Shown: positions 1-9,248, counted from the stretch's first letter. The stretch: 32,000 nt of DNA from Alphaproteobacteria bacterium (GCA_045605805.1 JAZUQR010000008.1:35932-67931); one strand, 5' to 3'. A program made the numbers and translations. The notes: generated from the letters alone by a model not told the origin.

Positions 1-615
1 CCGAGTTATTCCCTGGAATTAGGCCTAGCCGAAGTTCCGGAATTCATCCGGTTCCTTGGCGCACGTGCCAATTCTATCGCCTTTAACTTCGCCCGATCCG
101 GTGAAGCACAGGCCACAGTTTCATTAATGGCACAAAGTGAAACCGCCGCTGGAACCTCTATCTCAGAGGAACCTGTGGTTAAAGATTACACCCGGTTTTC
201 ACAGTTCCAAGGCTACATCAAGTCCTTTGGCCAAACGTTGGCTAATGTGACTAGTGCCTCGGTTACCTATTCAAATAACCTTGAAAAAATTGAAACGATC
301 CGAAGCGATGGTAAAGTTGAAGCCATTGACCTCGGAGTTGCTTCCTTGTCCGGTTCGATTGCGGTCCGTTACGGCGATAATGCTCTGATGGATAAAGCGC
401 GCGCCGGAATTCCTATTGATTTGGAACTGGGATATCAACTGTCCAACACACAAAGATTGCTTATCACTTGCCACGAAGTCTATTTGCCAAAGCCGAAACG
501 TTCTATTTCAGGCCCTGGTGGCATTGAGTGCACTTATGATTTCCAAGGTGCAAAGAATGCGGAACTCGGCAAAATGGTAACCGTTCAATTGATTAACGAT
601 GTGGAGGAATACTAA
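1..615 (+). CDS. Major tail tube protein, 5'-truncated by the window edge
   Basis: Frame 1 has no stop codon from base 1, so the ORF-track start at 127 is probably internal. The gene sits directly upstream of the chaperone pair and tape measure, which is the usual tube position. The function is assigned by synteny only. Confidence 0.6.
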   Translation, partial: PSYSLELGLAEVPEFIRFLGARANSIAFNFARSGEAQATVSLMAQSETAAGTSISEEPVVKDYTRFSQFQGYIKSFGQTLANVTSASVTYSNNLEKIETIRSDGKVEAIDLGVASLSGSIAVRYGDNALMDKARAGIPIDLELGYQLSNTQRLLITCHEVYLPKPKRSISGPGGIECTYDFQGAKNAELGKMVTVQLINDVEEY

Positions 616-1151
616 TGTTAAAGTTGAAGTTTAAGAATGAGCCTTATTGGTTGGATTTGGGAATGGGTGTCCGGGTTAAAGTCAAACCCTGTACATCTTC
701 GGTCTTTTATGAGGCAAAAGCCTTTATGAATTCTAAGGTAGCCGAGGTAGCAAAACGCTTAAAAGACGTGCGCGAAAACGGTGCCAAAGATAAAGATTTG
801 CCTGATTTAGAGGACATCACAAAGCGCGAAGCCTATGCAGATCACCAACTGATTTTAGGCCTTGCGCTGGCGGGCATTATTGAATGGGACGGCATTTTAG
901 AGGCCGACACCGATGAAAAAGCACCGCTGACACCGGCCAAAATTGAGGAACTCTTCACGAACTTTTGGAGTATCGCCGAAACATTCAGGCAACAGTATTG
1001 CGGCATTCAAGAAATACTCGAGGCCGAAAAAAACGCATATACGCCCGAGCAAAGTGGCACTTCGGCTCCGGGCGAAACTACTGCCAAGGATGCGGTGAAG
1101 ACGAAATCAACTGTCCCTTCTACAGATGCCGATACGTCGAAACAGCCTTAA
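615..1151 (+). CDS. Tail assembly chaperone (lambda G-like)
   Basis: Acidic 178-aa ORF between the tube and tape measure genes. Its start overlaps the upstream stop (TAATG). An overlapping -1 frame ORF continues to the start of the tape measure gene. Confidence 0.7.
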   Translation: MLKLKFKNEPYWLDLGMGVRVKVKPCTSSVFYEAKAFMNSKVAEVAKRLKDVRENGAKDKDLPDLEDITKREAYADHQLILGLALAGIIEWDGILEADTDEKAPLTPAKIEELFTNFWSIAETFRQQYCGIQEILEAEKNAYTPEQSGTSAPGETTAKDAVKTKSTVPSTDADTSKQP

Positions 1152-1342
1152 ACACCGTAGAAGGACATCAGGCTTGGGAGGTTTTGCTTAAACTTTCTGA
1201 GCCTGACCTTGGTGTCGCGCTGACGGTGGCAGATAATTTGGGATTAAAAAGTGAAATCATGACGGAGTTATTGTCCGTTGGCATACAAGGTATAAAGGCA
1301 GGATTAAATGAACACAGCGAAAAAACTTTCAATCAGACTTGA
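615..1342 (+). CDS. Tail assembly chaperone, -1 frameshift product (lambda GT-like)
   Basis: The -1 frame stays open from before 965 to 1342. A canonical slippery heptamer A_AAA_AAC sits at 1028-1034 in the zero frame (codons GAA AAA AAC). The two-ORF arrangement is conserved upstream of tape measure genes. Confidence 0.55.
1028..1034 (+). promoter_or_regulatory. Candidate -1 programmed ribosomal frameshift site (A AAA AAC)
   Basis: It is the only X_XXY_YYZ heptamer I could find in the G/GT overlap region, and it is in the correct register with the zero frame. Confidence 0.5.
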
Positions 1343-3953
1343 AGCGGTGGGCGGCGACAAGGTCCGGCAAGAGTTCAAGAACATTGGCTCGGACGGACAA
1401 AAAGCCTTTCAGCGGATAACTCAGGTCATCACACCGGCAAACGATAACTTAAAGGTCTTGGACAACACAGCCAAGGCCTTTAATAATACCCTCAAACAGG
1501 CGGCATCGTTGGCCGGAGCATACTTCGGGTTACGCGGACTGACATCAGCATTCAAAGGTATTGTGCAGACAAACAAAGAGTTTGAAAGCCTGATTGGGTC
1601 CTTAAAAACGGTGACCGGTTCGGCCAAAGGTGCTCAAGAAGCCTTTTCAATGATCGAAAAGTTTGCGCTGGACACGCCGTATCAGCTGGAAGAGATTATT
1701 GAGGCTTTTACCCGGTTAAAGGCACTGGGCCTTGATGCCACATCTGAAGCCTTAACATCATACGGAAATACCGCTTCGGCGTTTGGTAAAAACATCTTGG
1801 ACTTTACGAATGCTGTCTCTTCGGCGGTGATGCTGAACTTCAAATCGCTCCGTACCTTTGGTATTCAAACCCAGGTCGAGGGCGATAAAGTCCGGTTTAC
1901 ATTCCAAGGGATAACGACTACTGTTGGCAAAAGTGCACAAGAAATTGAAGCCTACCTCAAATCCATCGGCCTTGTGAACTTCGGCGGTGCGATGAAAGAA
2001 CAAATGGACACGATGGGCGGTGCCATGTCCAACATTCAGGATGCTATCAGCAAACTCATTCGGTCCATTGGCGAAAACGGTCTGAACAAAGCCTTAAAAG
2101 AGACATTTTTGCAGTTTAACGAGTTGTTAGACGGCTCTGGTGAAGCGGCACAAGCCATTGGCCAAACCTTGGCGGCGGCTGTTAATGTTGCCAGCAAGGC
2201 CTTTTTTACAATGGCCAAATACATTGAGCCGATCATCACACTCTTAACCGTCCGGTTGGGCGCGAGCCTGATTACCAAGGGAATAGACCTGTTAAAAGCA
2301 AGTGTTTATGCCTTAAATGTTGCGCTCATGGGAACCGGAACCGCCGGAGCCTCAGCCACGCTTGGCCTTAAAATGATGTGGCAAGTTTCCAAAGTGGCCG
2401 CAGTTCAAATGTATGCAACAGCGGTGGCGGCTAAAGTTTTGGCCGGTGCCGTTGGCCTTTTGAAAGGAATAATGGCACTTCTTGGTGGTCCGGCCGGTTT
2501 AATTTTGCTTGTCGTTTATGGTCTTTATAAGCTCATTGACAGTCATAATGTGGCCAAACGCGCGGCAAAGGATCACGCGGACACCCTGGCAAAGCTCAAG
2601 GAACAGATGGCCGAAACGGTCAAAGAAACAACCAACCTTGTGAACGCTCAGACCAAAAATCAAGCTATTGCCGAATGGTCCTATAAGTTAAAGGTGGCCG
2701 AAAAGAATATCCGCGATCTGAAGGAAGAATTGAAAGCAACGGGCGGACTTTCCATGTGGGACCGCTACCGACCGGATTTCTTAATGAAGGAACACGAGAT
2801 TTTTGCTAAGGAGTTGGCAGAAATTCTAAGCGAGTCAAAGTATAACCTTCAGGAATATGAACGAGAGATTTGGAACTTAGCCTCTGAATATCCGGACTTT
2901 AAACCACAGGCGGACAAGATCCAAGAAAAACTTTTGCTCTTAAAGGCCGCCGAGATAGATGCACAAAAGGCTCGTGACGAGTTAAAGTATATTCAAAATC
3001 CGGAACTAAGACCTAAAACCGAAACGCCGGAAGCTCTAAAACCACCAGTTCTGCCAAAAACTGACACATCAGCTTACGAAAAGACCATTGAGGACATCAA
3101 GCAAAAGGTCTTTGAATTGCAGGATCCTTATGATCAGGCCATGCAAAAAGCGGCCAAATGGCGTGATGATGCACTTAAAAACTTGGATAAAACCAAAGCC
3201 GGCTACGAGGATTTCAAAAACGATGTGAACCGAGTTTATGACGACATGGTCAAAAAAGCCGGTGAAGCCGCTCTTCAAAGTTCAAAGGACTGGAAGGACG
3301 GCGTAACCCGAGGAATGAAGAGTGTTTATGATGATGCCTCGGATATGGCTTCAATGACCGAAAGCCTGGTTAAAAGTTCGTTCAAGTCAATGGAAGATAC
3401 ACTGACAAACTTTGTTATGACCGGGAAAGCGAACTTTGGAGACTTTGTTAACTCAGTTGTCGAGGGAATGGTCCGAATGGCCATGCAATACGCTGTGATC
3501 AAACCGATCATGGGTGGCGTGATGGCTTACTTCGGTGTCCCGACAGCACATACAGGAGGTGTCATTGGTACGGATACTTTATCTACTAAGGTTATTAGTC
3601 CAAGTGTTTTTGAAAATGCTCCCCGTTTTCATACCGGGGGCTTGGTCGGCGGCGAAGTCCCGATTATCGCGCAAAAAGGTGAAACGGTATTCACGCCGGG
3701 ACAGATGAAAGCACTCGGAGCTGAACTCAATTCTAAACCGCCGGTTTACGTCAATGTGAATGTTGTCAATAAGGCATCAGGCGCAAAAGCAACCGCAAAT
3801 CCGACACGCGACCTGAACGGAAATGTCAACCTGGACATCATCGTTGAGCAGATCGAAGGTGCCATTGGTAAAAACATCAGTAAAGGTGAAGGTTTATCGC
3901 CTATCTTGGAACAAAGATATGCCTTAAACCCCGCCTATGGGAGTTATAGATGA
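1308..3953 (+). CDS. Tail tape measure protein
   Basis: 881 aa. Alpha-helical N-terminal part, a hydrophobic Gly/Ala-rich central segment, coiled-coil stretches and a C-terminal HTGG-containing region. Positioned after the chaperone pair. Confidence 0.85.
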   Translation: MNTAKKLSIRLEAVGGDKVRQEFKNIGSDGQKAFQRITQVITPANDNLKVLDNTAKAFNNTLKQAASLAGAYFGLRGLTSAFKGIVQTNKEFESLIGSLKTVTGSAKGAQEAFSMIEKFALDTPYQLEEIIEAFTRLKALGLDATSEALTSYGNTASAFGKNILDFTNAVSSAVMLNFKSLRTFGIQTQVEGDKVRFTFQGITTTVGKSAQEIEAYLKSIGLVNFGGAMKEQMDTMGGAMSNIQDAISKLIRSIGENGLNKALKETFLQFNELLDGSGEAAQAIGQTLAAAVNVASKAFFTMAKYIEPIITLLTVRLGASLITKGIDLLKASVYALNVALMGTGTAGASATLGLKMMWQVSKVAAVQMYATAVAAKVLAGAVGLLKGIMALLGGPAGLILLVVYGLYKLIDSHNVAKRAAKDHADTLAKLKEQMAETVKETTNLVNAQTKNQAIAEWSYKLKVAEKNIRDLKEELKATGGLSMWDRYRPDFLMKEHEIFAKELAEILSESKYNLQEYEREIWNLASEYPDFKPQADKIQEKLLLLKAAEIDAQKARDELKYIQNPELRPKTETPEALKPPVLPKTDTSAYEKTIEDIKQKVFELQDPYDQAMQKAAKWRDDALKNLDKTKAGYEDFKNDVNRVYDDMVKKAGEAALQSSKDWKDGVTRGMKSVYDDASDMASMTESLVKSSFKSMEDTLTNFVMTGKANFGDFVNSVVEGMVRMAMQYAVIKPIMGGVMAYFGVPTAHTGGVIGTDTLSTKVISPSVFENAPRFHTGGLVGGEVPIIAQKGETVFTPGQMKALGAELNSKPPVYVNVNVVNKASGAKATANPTRDLNGNVNLDIIVEQIEGAIGKNISKGEGLSPILEQRYALNPAYGSYR

Positions 3954-4426
3954 GCGTTTATTTTCCACCACATTTACCTTACCCGACCGTTGAAAACTAC
4001 TCAATTAAACCGGGTGAAGCAATTATCCGGACAGATATGGAAGCTGGTCCGGCACGTCAAAGGCGGCGTTACACTCAAACGCCGTCTAAAATTTCTGTGC
4101 GTTGGCTGATGAACCCGGACCAATTCTGCATCTTTGAAGCCTGGTATAAATACCATGCCAAAGAAGGTGGCGAATGGTTCTACATCACACTTTTAGGCGG
4201 TATGGGCCTGAGTAACCAAGAGGCCCGCTTTACACAACAATTTGAAGCCAAACTCTTAAACGGCTATTTGTGGGAAATTACGACCGAGCTTGAAATTCGT
4301 GACCGTCCGACTTTGACCGAGGATGCGATGGCGATCGTTATGGATAACGATTACAACAAACTGCTTAAAACGTGCGACCGGCTCCATATTTTGGTTCATC
4401 GGACGCTTCCAATCAATTTAAATTAA
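3950..4426 (+). CDS. Minor tail protein (lambda M-position / distal tail)
   Basis: ATGA start/stop overlap with the tape measure gene. 158 aa. The function is assigned by position only. Confidence 0.5.
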   Translation: MSVYFPPHLPYPTVENYSIKPGEAIIRTDMEAGPARQRRRYTQTPSKISVRWLMNPDQFCIFEAWYKYHAKEGGEWFYITLLGGMGLSNQEARFTQQFEAKLLNGYLWEITTELEIRDRPTLTEDAMAIVMDNDYNKLLKTCDRLHILVHRTLPINLN

Positions 4427-4439
4427 GAAAGGACACAAA

Positions 4440-5546
4440 ATGCCAAATATGCAAGAGCGGCTGGAAACAGCCATTGAGAGGACTGAAACAGATTCCTCGC
4501 TATTTCATGACATGGTGCATGGGACCGATACAGAAACGGTAACAACCGAAAACGGCGAAGTTCCGACAGTTGCAAAGGCTCTTAAAGATGTGCGAGACGA
4601 GCTGTACGGACAGACTTCAAGCCTGGTCAATATGGCACAAGCGGCGGCAAGCGATGCGGCGAACTCCGTTTTGCTTGCTCAGGCTGAAGTCCAAAATGCC
4701 AAGGCCGAAGTCGTCAACACACGTCAGGAAGGTCAAAGAGCAAAGGAAGAACTCGAAGCCGCCGGTGCCAATTTCATTTCGCTTGCGCAGGCTGAAGTGG
4801 CAAATGCTCAGGCTGAGGTTGTGAACGCACAATTAGAGGTTCAAAAAGCTAAAGATGAAGTCGAAAACGCAAAGGCTGAAGTGCAAAACGCCAAAAATGA
4901 GGTGCTGAACGCTAAAGCAGAAGTGGTCAACGCTCAAACAGAGGTCGCCAATGCTCACACCGAATTTTTGAATGCACAAGGTGAAGTGGCCAAAGCGGCT
5001 CAGGAAGTCGTCAAAGCCAAGGCCGAAGTGGCAAATGCGCAAGCCGAGGTTATCAATGCACAAACGGAAGTTCAAAACGCAAAAGATGAAGTCGATAATG
5101 CAAAAGCCGAGGTACAGAACGCAAAGGCAGAGGTTCAAAACGCTAAAGCCGAAGTAGAAAAAGCGCGGATTTGGTCTGAAGGAACAGATACGGAAGTTTC
5201 GGGCCAAGGCGGAACGCACTCTTGCCGAGAATGGGTGAATTTGGCCCGTCAGGCAACCGTTGGTAGTTTTCCAATGTCAAAAACAGGTATCGCTACGGCA
5301 AACCAAACAAACTTGCCGCTTAACCTCAGCACACCGCTAAACAGTGATGAACAAATTCTGTGCGTTATCGTAGAAAACACAGCACTTCTTCCGGAAAACT
5401 ATACGTTGGCGGCTGGCGGACAAGCAGTTGTTCTTGCCAATCCGTTATCAGCCGGCGAGCGATGGTGCGTGAAATGCTTGTACGACCTGCAATCCATGGG
5501 CGGCGTTATCGACTGTGTAGTTTATGAAGTAGAAGGAGATGCTTAA
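4440..5546 (+). CDS. Coiled-coil fibre or whisker-like structural protein with heptad repeats
   Basis: Strong RBS (TTAAGAAAGGAC). About 165 aa of near-perfect heptads of the form x-E-V-x-N-A-x (for example AKAEVQNAKAEVQNAKAEVEKA), followed by a globular C-terminal domain. Confidence 0.65.
   Translation: MPNMQERLETAIERTETDSSLFHDMVHGTDTETVTTENGEVPTVAKALKDVRDELYGQTSSLVNMAQAAASDAANSVLLAQAEVQNAKAEVVNTRQEGQRAKEELEAAGANFISLAQAEVANAQAEVVNAQLEVQKAKDEVENAKAEVQNAKNEVLNAKAEVVNAQTEVANAHTEFLNAQGEVAKAAQEVVKAKAEVANAQAEVINAQTEVQNAKDEVDNAKAEVQNAKAEVQNAKAEVEKARIWSEGTDTEVSGQGGTHSCREWVNLARQATVGSFPMSKTGIATANQTNLPLNLSTPLNSDEQILCVIVENTALLPENYTLAAGGQAVVLANPLSAGERWCVKCLYDLQSMGGVIDCVVYEVEGDA
4671..5169 (+). repeat. 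Intragenic tandem 21-nt (heptad) repeat tract
   Basis: Repeated gc(n)aa(a/g)gc(n)ga(a/g)gt(n)... units encode NAxAEVx heptads. The tract also creates spurious long ORFs in other frames and on the opposite strand (4570-4824, 4833-5219, 4972-5157). Confidence 0.85.
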
Positions 5547-5779
5547 TGACCGATACCAGTAAAATTCCGGCATCAAGATTTTCTAACGAAAGTTTTGATG
5601 TCACACCGCAATCAGGCAGTTCCAATGTTATTTCTTCGGGGGCCGTTTTTGATGCCCTTAAGGATAAGTTGGGAAAGACTGATACAGCTGCCAAGGCAAC
5701 TGCCGATGCCGATGGCAATATTATCAACCAAACGTATGCAAAATTGAGCGACATAATCACTTTTGAATACGAAGATTAA
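5546..5779 (+). CDS. Small tail-fibre-motif protein
   Basis: TAATG overlap with the upstream gene. Contains SSGAVFDAL..GKTDTAAKATADADGN..TY, the same motif found in the next two genes. Confidence 0.55.
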   Translation: MTDTSKIPASRFSNESFDVTPQSGSSNVISSGAVFDALKDKLGKTDTAAKATADADGNIINQTYAKLSDIITFEYED

Positions 5780-5801
5780 CTTTAAGAAAGGAAAATTTAA
5801 C

Positions 5802-6575
5802 ATGGCAACAAAAAGAATAAAACTTAAAAACGCAACCGGTGACTATTTGGAACCGTATACAACCAATGTTCCGGACGCAACAACTTCCGCTAAAGGTGTC
5901 GTTCAACTTGAAACAACGCCCACAGCGAACTCCTCAAAAGTCCTGACATCCGGAGCAGTCAAAACTGCCTTGGATGGTAAATTAGGCACATCTGCAACAG
6001 CCGCCAAGGCTACAGCCGATGCCAGTGGCAATACGATTACATCAACGTATGCCACAAAAACAGAAGTTCAAACGGCTCAAACAACAGCCAATGAAGCAAA
6101 AAGCATTGCTGAAGGTCGTGTACGTGCGACTGCCTATGCTGATTATCAGGCTATGATTACAGCTTTGAATGCGGCATCCGCCACAGACTTCAAAGTTGGT
6201 GACAACATCTTTATTCAGGCAAAAAATGTTCCTGATTTGTGGATTTACTCGGTTGAAAGTTCAAGCTCAACCTATACTTACACAACAGATGATGCGCTGG
6301 TTGCGGCCATTCAATCTGCCGGCTTTGTTCAGATCGGCTACTATAAAGTGGCTGTTCTTGAAACCGAAAAGGTTGATCTGACGAACTATGTGCCAGCCAC
6401 AAGAACGGTAAATGGTAAAGCATTGTCAACTAACATCACGCTTTCAGCCGCTGACGTTGGTGCATTAGCCTCAACCGGAACCGCTGCAAAAGCAACCGCT
6501 GATGCAGACGGGAATACAATTTCAACAACATACTTAAAAATATCTAACGCGATTTCTTATGAAGAAATGGCTTAA
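5802..6575 (+). CDS. Tail fibre protein, paralog A
   Basis: The ORF-track start at 5763 is a TTG codon. The ATG at 5802 follows the RBS TTAAGAAAGGAAAA and gives an N-terminus (MATKRIKLKNATGDYLEPYT) parallel to that of the next gene (MANKNVKLKNLNGDYLYPYT). Carries two copies of the AAKATADA(S/D)GN motif. Confidence 0.7.
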   Translation: MATKRIKLKNATGDYLEPYTTNVPDATTSAKGVVQLETTPTANSSKVLTSGAVKTALDGKLGTSATAAKATADASGNTITSTYATKTEVQTAQTTANEAKSIAEGRVRATAYADYQAMITALNAASATDFKVGDNIFIQAKNVPDLWIYSVESSSSTYTYTTDDALVAAIQSAGFVQIGYYKVAVLETEKVDLTNYVPATRTVNGKALSTNITLSAADVGALASTGTAAKATADADGNTISTTYLKISNAISYEEMA

Positions 6576-6588
6576 AAAGGAGTAATAC

Positions 6589-8097
6589 ATGGCAAACAAA
6601 AACGTGAAGCTTAAAAACCTGAACGGGGATTATCTGTACCCATATACGGATAATCTACCGACAGGATCTGCATCGGTCGCTGGCAAAGTAAGAGTGGATT
6701 CAAGTCCAACTTCAGGTTCTAGTAATGCCATTTCCTCAGGGGCGGTTTATACCGCCCTTGCAGGTAAATTAGGCACAACAGAGACAGCGGCCAAAGCAAC
6801 TGCTGATGCAAGCGGAAATAATATCGCGAACACTTATCTTAAGAAAACAGAGACAGCGGCCAAAGCAACTGCTGATGCTGATGGTAACAATATCGCCAGC
6901 ACATATTTGAAGAAATCTGAAGAAGGTCGAGGCGGTCTTGGTCTTCTGTCTGCACAACTCCGGAAAGCATATGCGTGGACATGGTCACAAACTTTAACAA
7001 GTGGTCAGGTGCAGATAATTTATTACAATAGCGGGTATAAGTTAATAGCTCCCATTGCGTGTAACAGCTTCTACAAATACGGCGGAAACTACATTGTAAT
7101 AGATGGAAAGCTCTATTATTTGAATAGTTATGGCGGTACATTAACTCAATTTGGAACTGATACCAATTATAAAGCCGCTATGCAAAACGTTGCAATTAAG
7201 GGAACTGGTATTTACTTTGTTGGTAGCACAACCTATGCAAAATGGATAGATCAAGGTGGCACATGGACAGACATAGGATATGGCTTTGGTATTAAAAATG
7301 GTACCCTAGGTGCTTTTGGAACCCAATCCAATACAGGTGCCGCGATCGCATGGGGAATAATTGACAGTGGTGGTGTTTGGACTCAAATTATAACATCCGG
7401 CAATGGTTATTGTGTCGGTCTAAGGGACGGGTATGCCTATTATGCAACCAGCCAGGGTTCAAATGGGACAATGATTATCGGGCATCTTGTGCAGTTGGCA
7501 TCAAAAACCGATTATACCCTTTACGGCGGAAACTCAAACTATATTTATGCTTGCAATGGCAATACCTGTGACGTGTATCCGATTAATTCAATTGTCAATG
7601 GTTATACAACGGGGCCATCTACTACATATACATTCCCCGCCAATATTGTGCAAATTTCTGATAGTTATTTTCTGCTTGAAGACGGTAGGATGTACAGTAA
7701 TCAAAGCCTTATCACTTCAGATGTAATTGCACTAGGATCAGGATTCTTCTTGAAGGAAGATGGTGTTTATGTTTTATCAACAAGAGTATTTGCAATTGAT
7801 GGTTCTTTTCAGACCATGTCCGGAAATATATTGTTTTCCGGGGCCGGTTCAATCCAAAGGTCAACAGTTTACACTGTTGAAAATCCGGCGACAAATTACA
7901 TTGCCTACAAGAAAGTGAGCCTCCAGGATGCTTCAACAATTACAGCCACAACATCGACAACCGTTACGGCTGGCGGAACAACGTATACAAGGGATCTAAG
8001 TAAGGATTCCACATTTACACAGCCACCGGACGATTTGAAAAAACAAACCCCAACCAAGTGGCAATTTTTGGAAATGATCAGCAATATAGGAGATTAA
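6589..8097 (+). CDS. Tail fibre / receptor-binding protein, paralog B
   Basis: About 85 N-terminal aa are homologous to paralog A, with a 23-aa motif duplicated in tandem. The rest is a long Gly/Tyr/Thr/Asn-rich, beta-type C-terminal domain unrelated to paralog A. Confidence 0.7.
   Translation: MANKNVKLKNLNGDYLYPYTDNLPTGSASVAGKVRVDSSPTSGSSNAISSGAVYTALAGKLGTTETAAKATADASGNNIANTYLKKTETAAKATADADGNNIASTYLKKSEEGRGGLGLLSAQLRKAYAWTWSQTLTSGQVQIIYYNSGYKLIAPIACNSFYKYGGNYIVIDGKLYYLNSYGGTLTQFGTDTNYKAAMQNVAIKGTGIYFVGSTTYAKWIDQGGTWTDIGYGFGIKNGTLGAFGTQSNTGAAIAWGIIDSGGVWTQIITSGNGYCVGLRDGYAYYATSQGSNGTMIIGHLVQLASKTDYTLYGGNSNYIYACNGNTCDVYPINSIVNGYTTGPSTTYTFPANIVQISDSYFLLEDGRMYSNQSLITSDVIALGSGFFLKEDGVYVLSTRVFAIDGSFQTMSGNILFSGAGSIQRSTVYTVENPATNYIAYKKVSLQDASTITATTSTTVTAGGTTYTRDLSKDSTFTQPPDDLKKQTPTKWQFLEMISNIGD
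6778..6915 (+). repeat. 69-nt tandem duplication inside the fibre gene
   Basis: Units at 6778-6846 and 6847-6915 both begin acagagacagcggccaaagcaactgctgatgc. They encode TETAAKATADASGNNIANTYLKK and TETAAKATADADGNNIASTYLKK. Confidence 0.9.
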
Positions 8098-8098
8098 A

Positions 8099-8308
8099 AT
8101 GACTGTTTATCACAAACTAATCAATGGCTTTATACTTAACAATTATGAATTAGGCGATATTACCGAAGAGGAAGCATTCGCACAAGGCTATAAAACGATC
8201 AATGAGCCACCACAAGACGGCGAGGCTTATTGTGCCGAAAGCTTCAATGAGGGAGAACATCACATTGAGGTAAAATGGGTCGAATTCAAGGTTCCGGAGG
8301 AACAATGA
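8099..8308 (+). CDS. Hypothetical small acidic protein (possibly a fibre assembly factor)
   Basis: 69-aa ORF immediately after the fibre gene, with an ATGA overlap onto the next gene. No recognisable motif. Confidence 0.4.
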   Translation: MTVYHKLINGFILNNYELGDITEEEAFAQGYKTINEPPQDGEAYCAESFNEGEHHIEVKWVEFKVPEEQ

Positions 8309-8847
8309 CCGACAACACACTTTCGGAAGCATTAAAGGAAGCGTACGCCTCGGCCCCGAGTGATGTGATTTTGTTGCACACCTTGGAACTGAGGCACCCG
8401 ACCTTTATTGATGACAACGGTAATCCGACAGCTATCCGGGTTGTGCGGGACCATATAAACCACACCTGTACGCTTGAAAACTCGGCTCCGCTTAACCCGG
8501 GCCAACCCGTTGAGTTCATCGCCATGGCCTTTGATTTGGAATTACCACCGGTCAATAACACGCCGACACCTGAAATTTCGGTCACGATTGATAACGTTTC
8601 AACAGAGATGATCTCTTATCTTGACCGGGCCGTAGAAACTCAGGACATGATTGAGCTGACATATCGGCCATATCTGTCTGATGACCTGACAACCCCGCAA
8701 ATGGACCCGCCGATAACCTTGGTTATTACCGATATTCACGTGGACTGCTATAAAATTACAGCAACAGCCCGCATGATGGACATCGGCAACCGGTCCTTTC
8801 CGGGCGAGAATTACACCGTTAAAAAATATCCGGGATTAACACGATGA
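8305..8847 (+). CDS. Minor tail protein (lambda L-position, DUF1833-like)
   Basis: The ATG at 8305 is preceded by GGAGGA and overlaps the upstream stop. It precedes the NlpC/P60 and J-like genes as lambda L does. The family name is from memory and was not searched. Confidence 0.55.
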   Translation: MTDNTLSEALKEAYASAPSDVILLHTLELRHPTFIDDNGNPTAIRVVRDHINHTCTLENSAPLNPGQPVEFIAMAFDLELPPVNNTPTPEISVTIDNVSTEMISYLDRAVETQDMIELTYRPYLSDDLTTPQMDPPITLVITDIHVDCYKITATARMMDIGNRSFPGENYTVKKYPGLTR

Positions 8848-9248
8848 CACATTTTGCTTGCAAATATATTGGTAAACCATGGGTGGCCGGCGCACAAGGC
8901 CCTGACCAGTTTGACTGTTGGGGAATGGTGCGCTGGATCCTTAAATATGAGTACGGCGTAGATGTGCCGGCGGTCAATGTCAATCCGGACAACTTAAGGA
9001 GTGTTTTGATCGCCTTTCGAGAGGATCCTGCTTTTCGGGCCTTTAAGGAAGTTCAAACACCGCAAGACGGCGATGTCGTTCTGCTTCGTCAATCAAAACA
9101 TCCGGTTCATGCCGGCTTATGGCTTGATGCAGACGGCGGTGGAATTTTACATTGTTGCCGCGATGGCGGTGTTGTTTTTCAGGATTTGCCATCTATGCGC
9201 CTGTGCGGGTGGCAAATTGACAGCTATTACCGAGTAAAAGGAAAATAA
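8844..9248 (+). CDS. NlpC/P60-family tail tip protein (lambda K-like)
   Basis: Has a catalytic-Cys context (FDCWGMVRW) and a downstream His (HPVHAGLW), typical of NlpC/P60 cysteine peptidases. Overlapping start/stop. Confidence 0.7.
   Translation: MTHFACKYIGKPWVAGAQGPDQFDCWGMVRWILKYEYGVDVPAVNVNPDNLRSVLIAFREDPAFRAFKEVQTPQDGDVVLLRQSKHPVHAGLWLDADGGGILHCCRDGGVVFQDLPSMRLCGWQIDSYYRVKGK

Noticed and set aside
4671-5169. Regular short repeats that might suggest a CRISPR array or satellite
   Set aside because: The period is 21 nt with no unique spacers, and it lies in frame inside a 368-aa ORF encoding heptads. It is a coding coiled-coil repeat. ORFs 4570-4824, 4617-4832(-), 4833-5219(-) and 4972-5157 are by-products of it.
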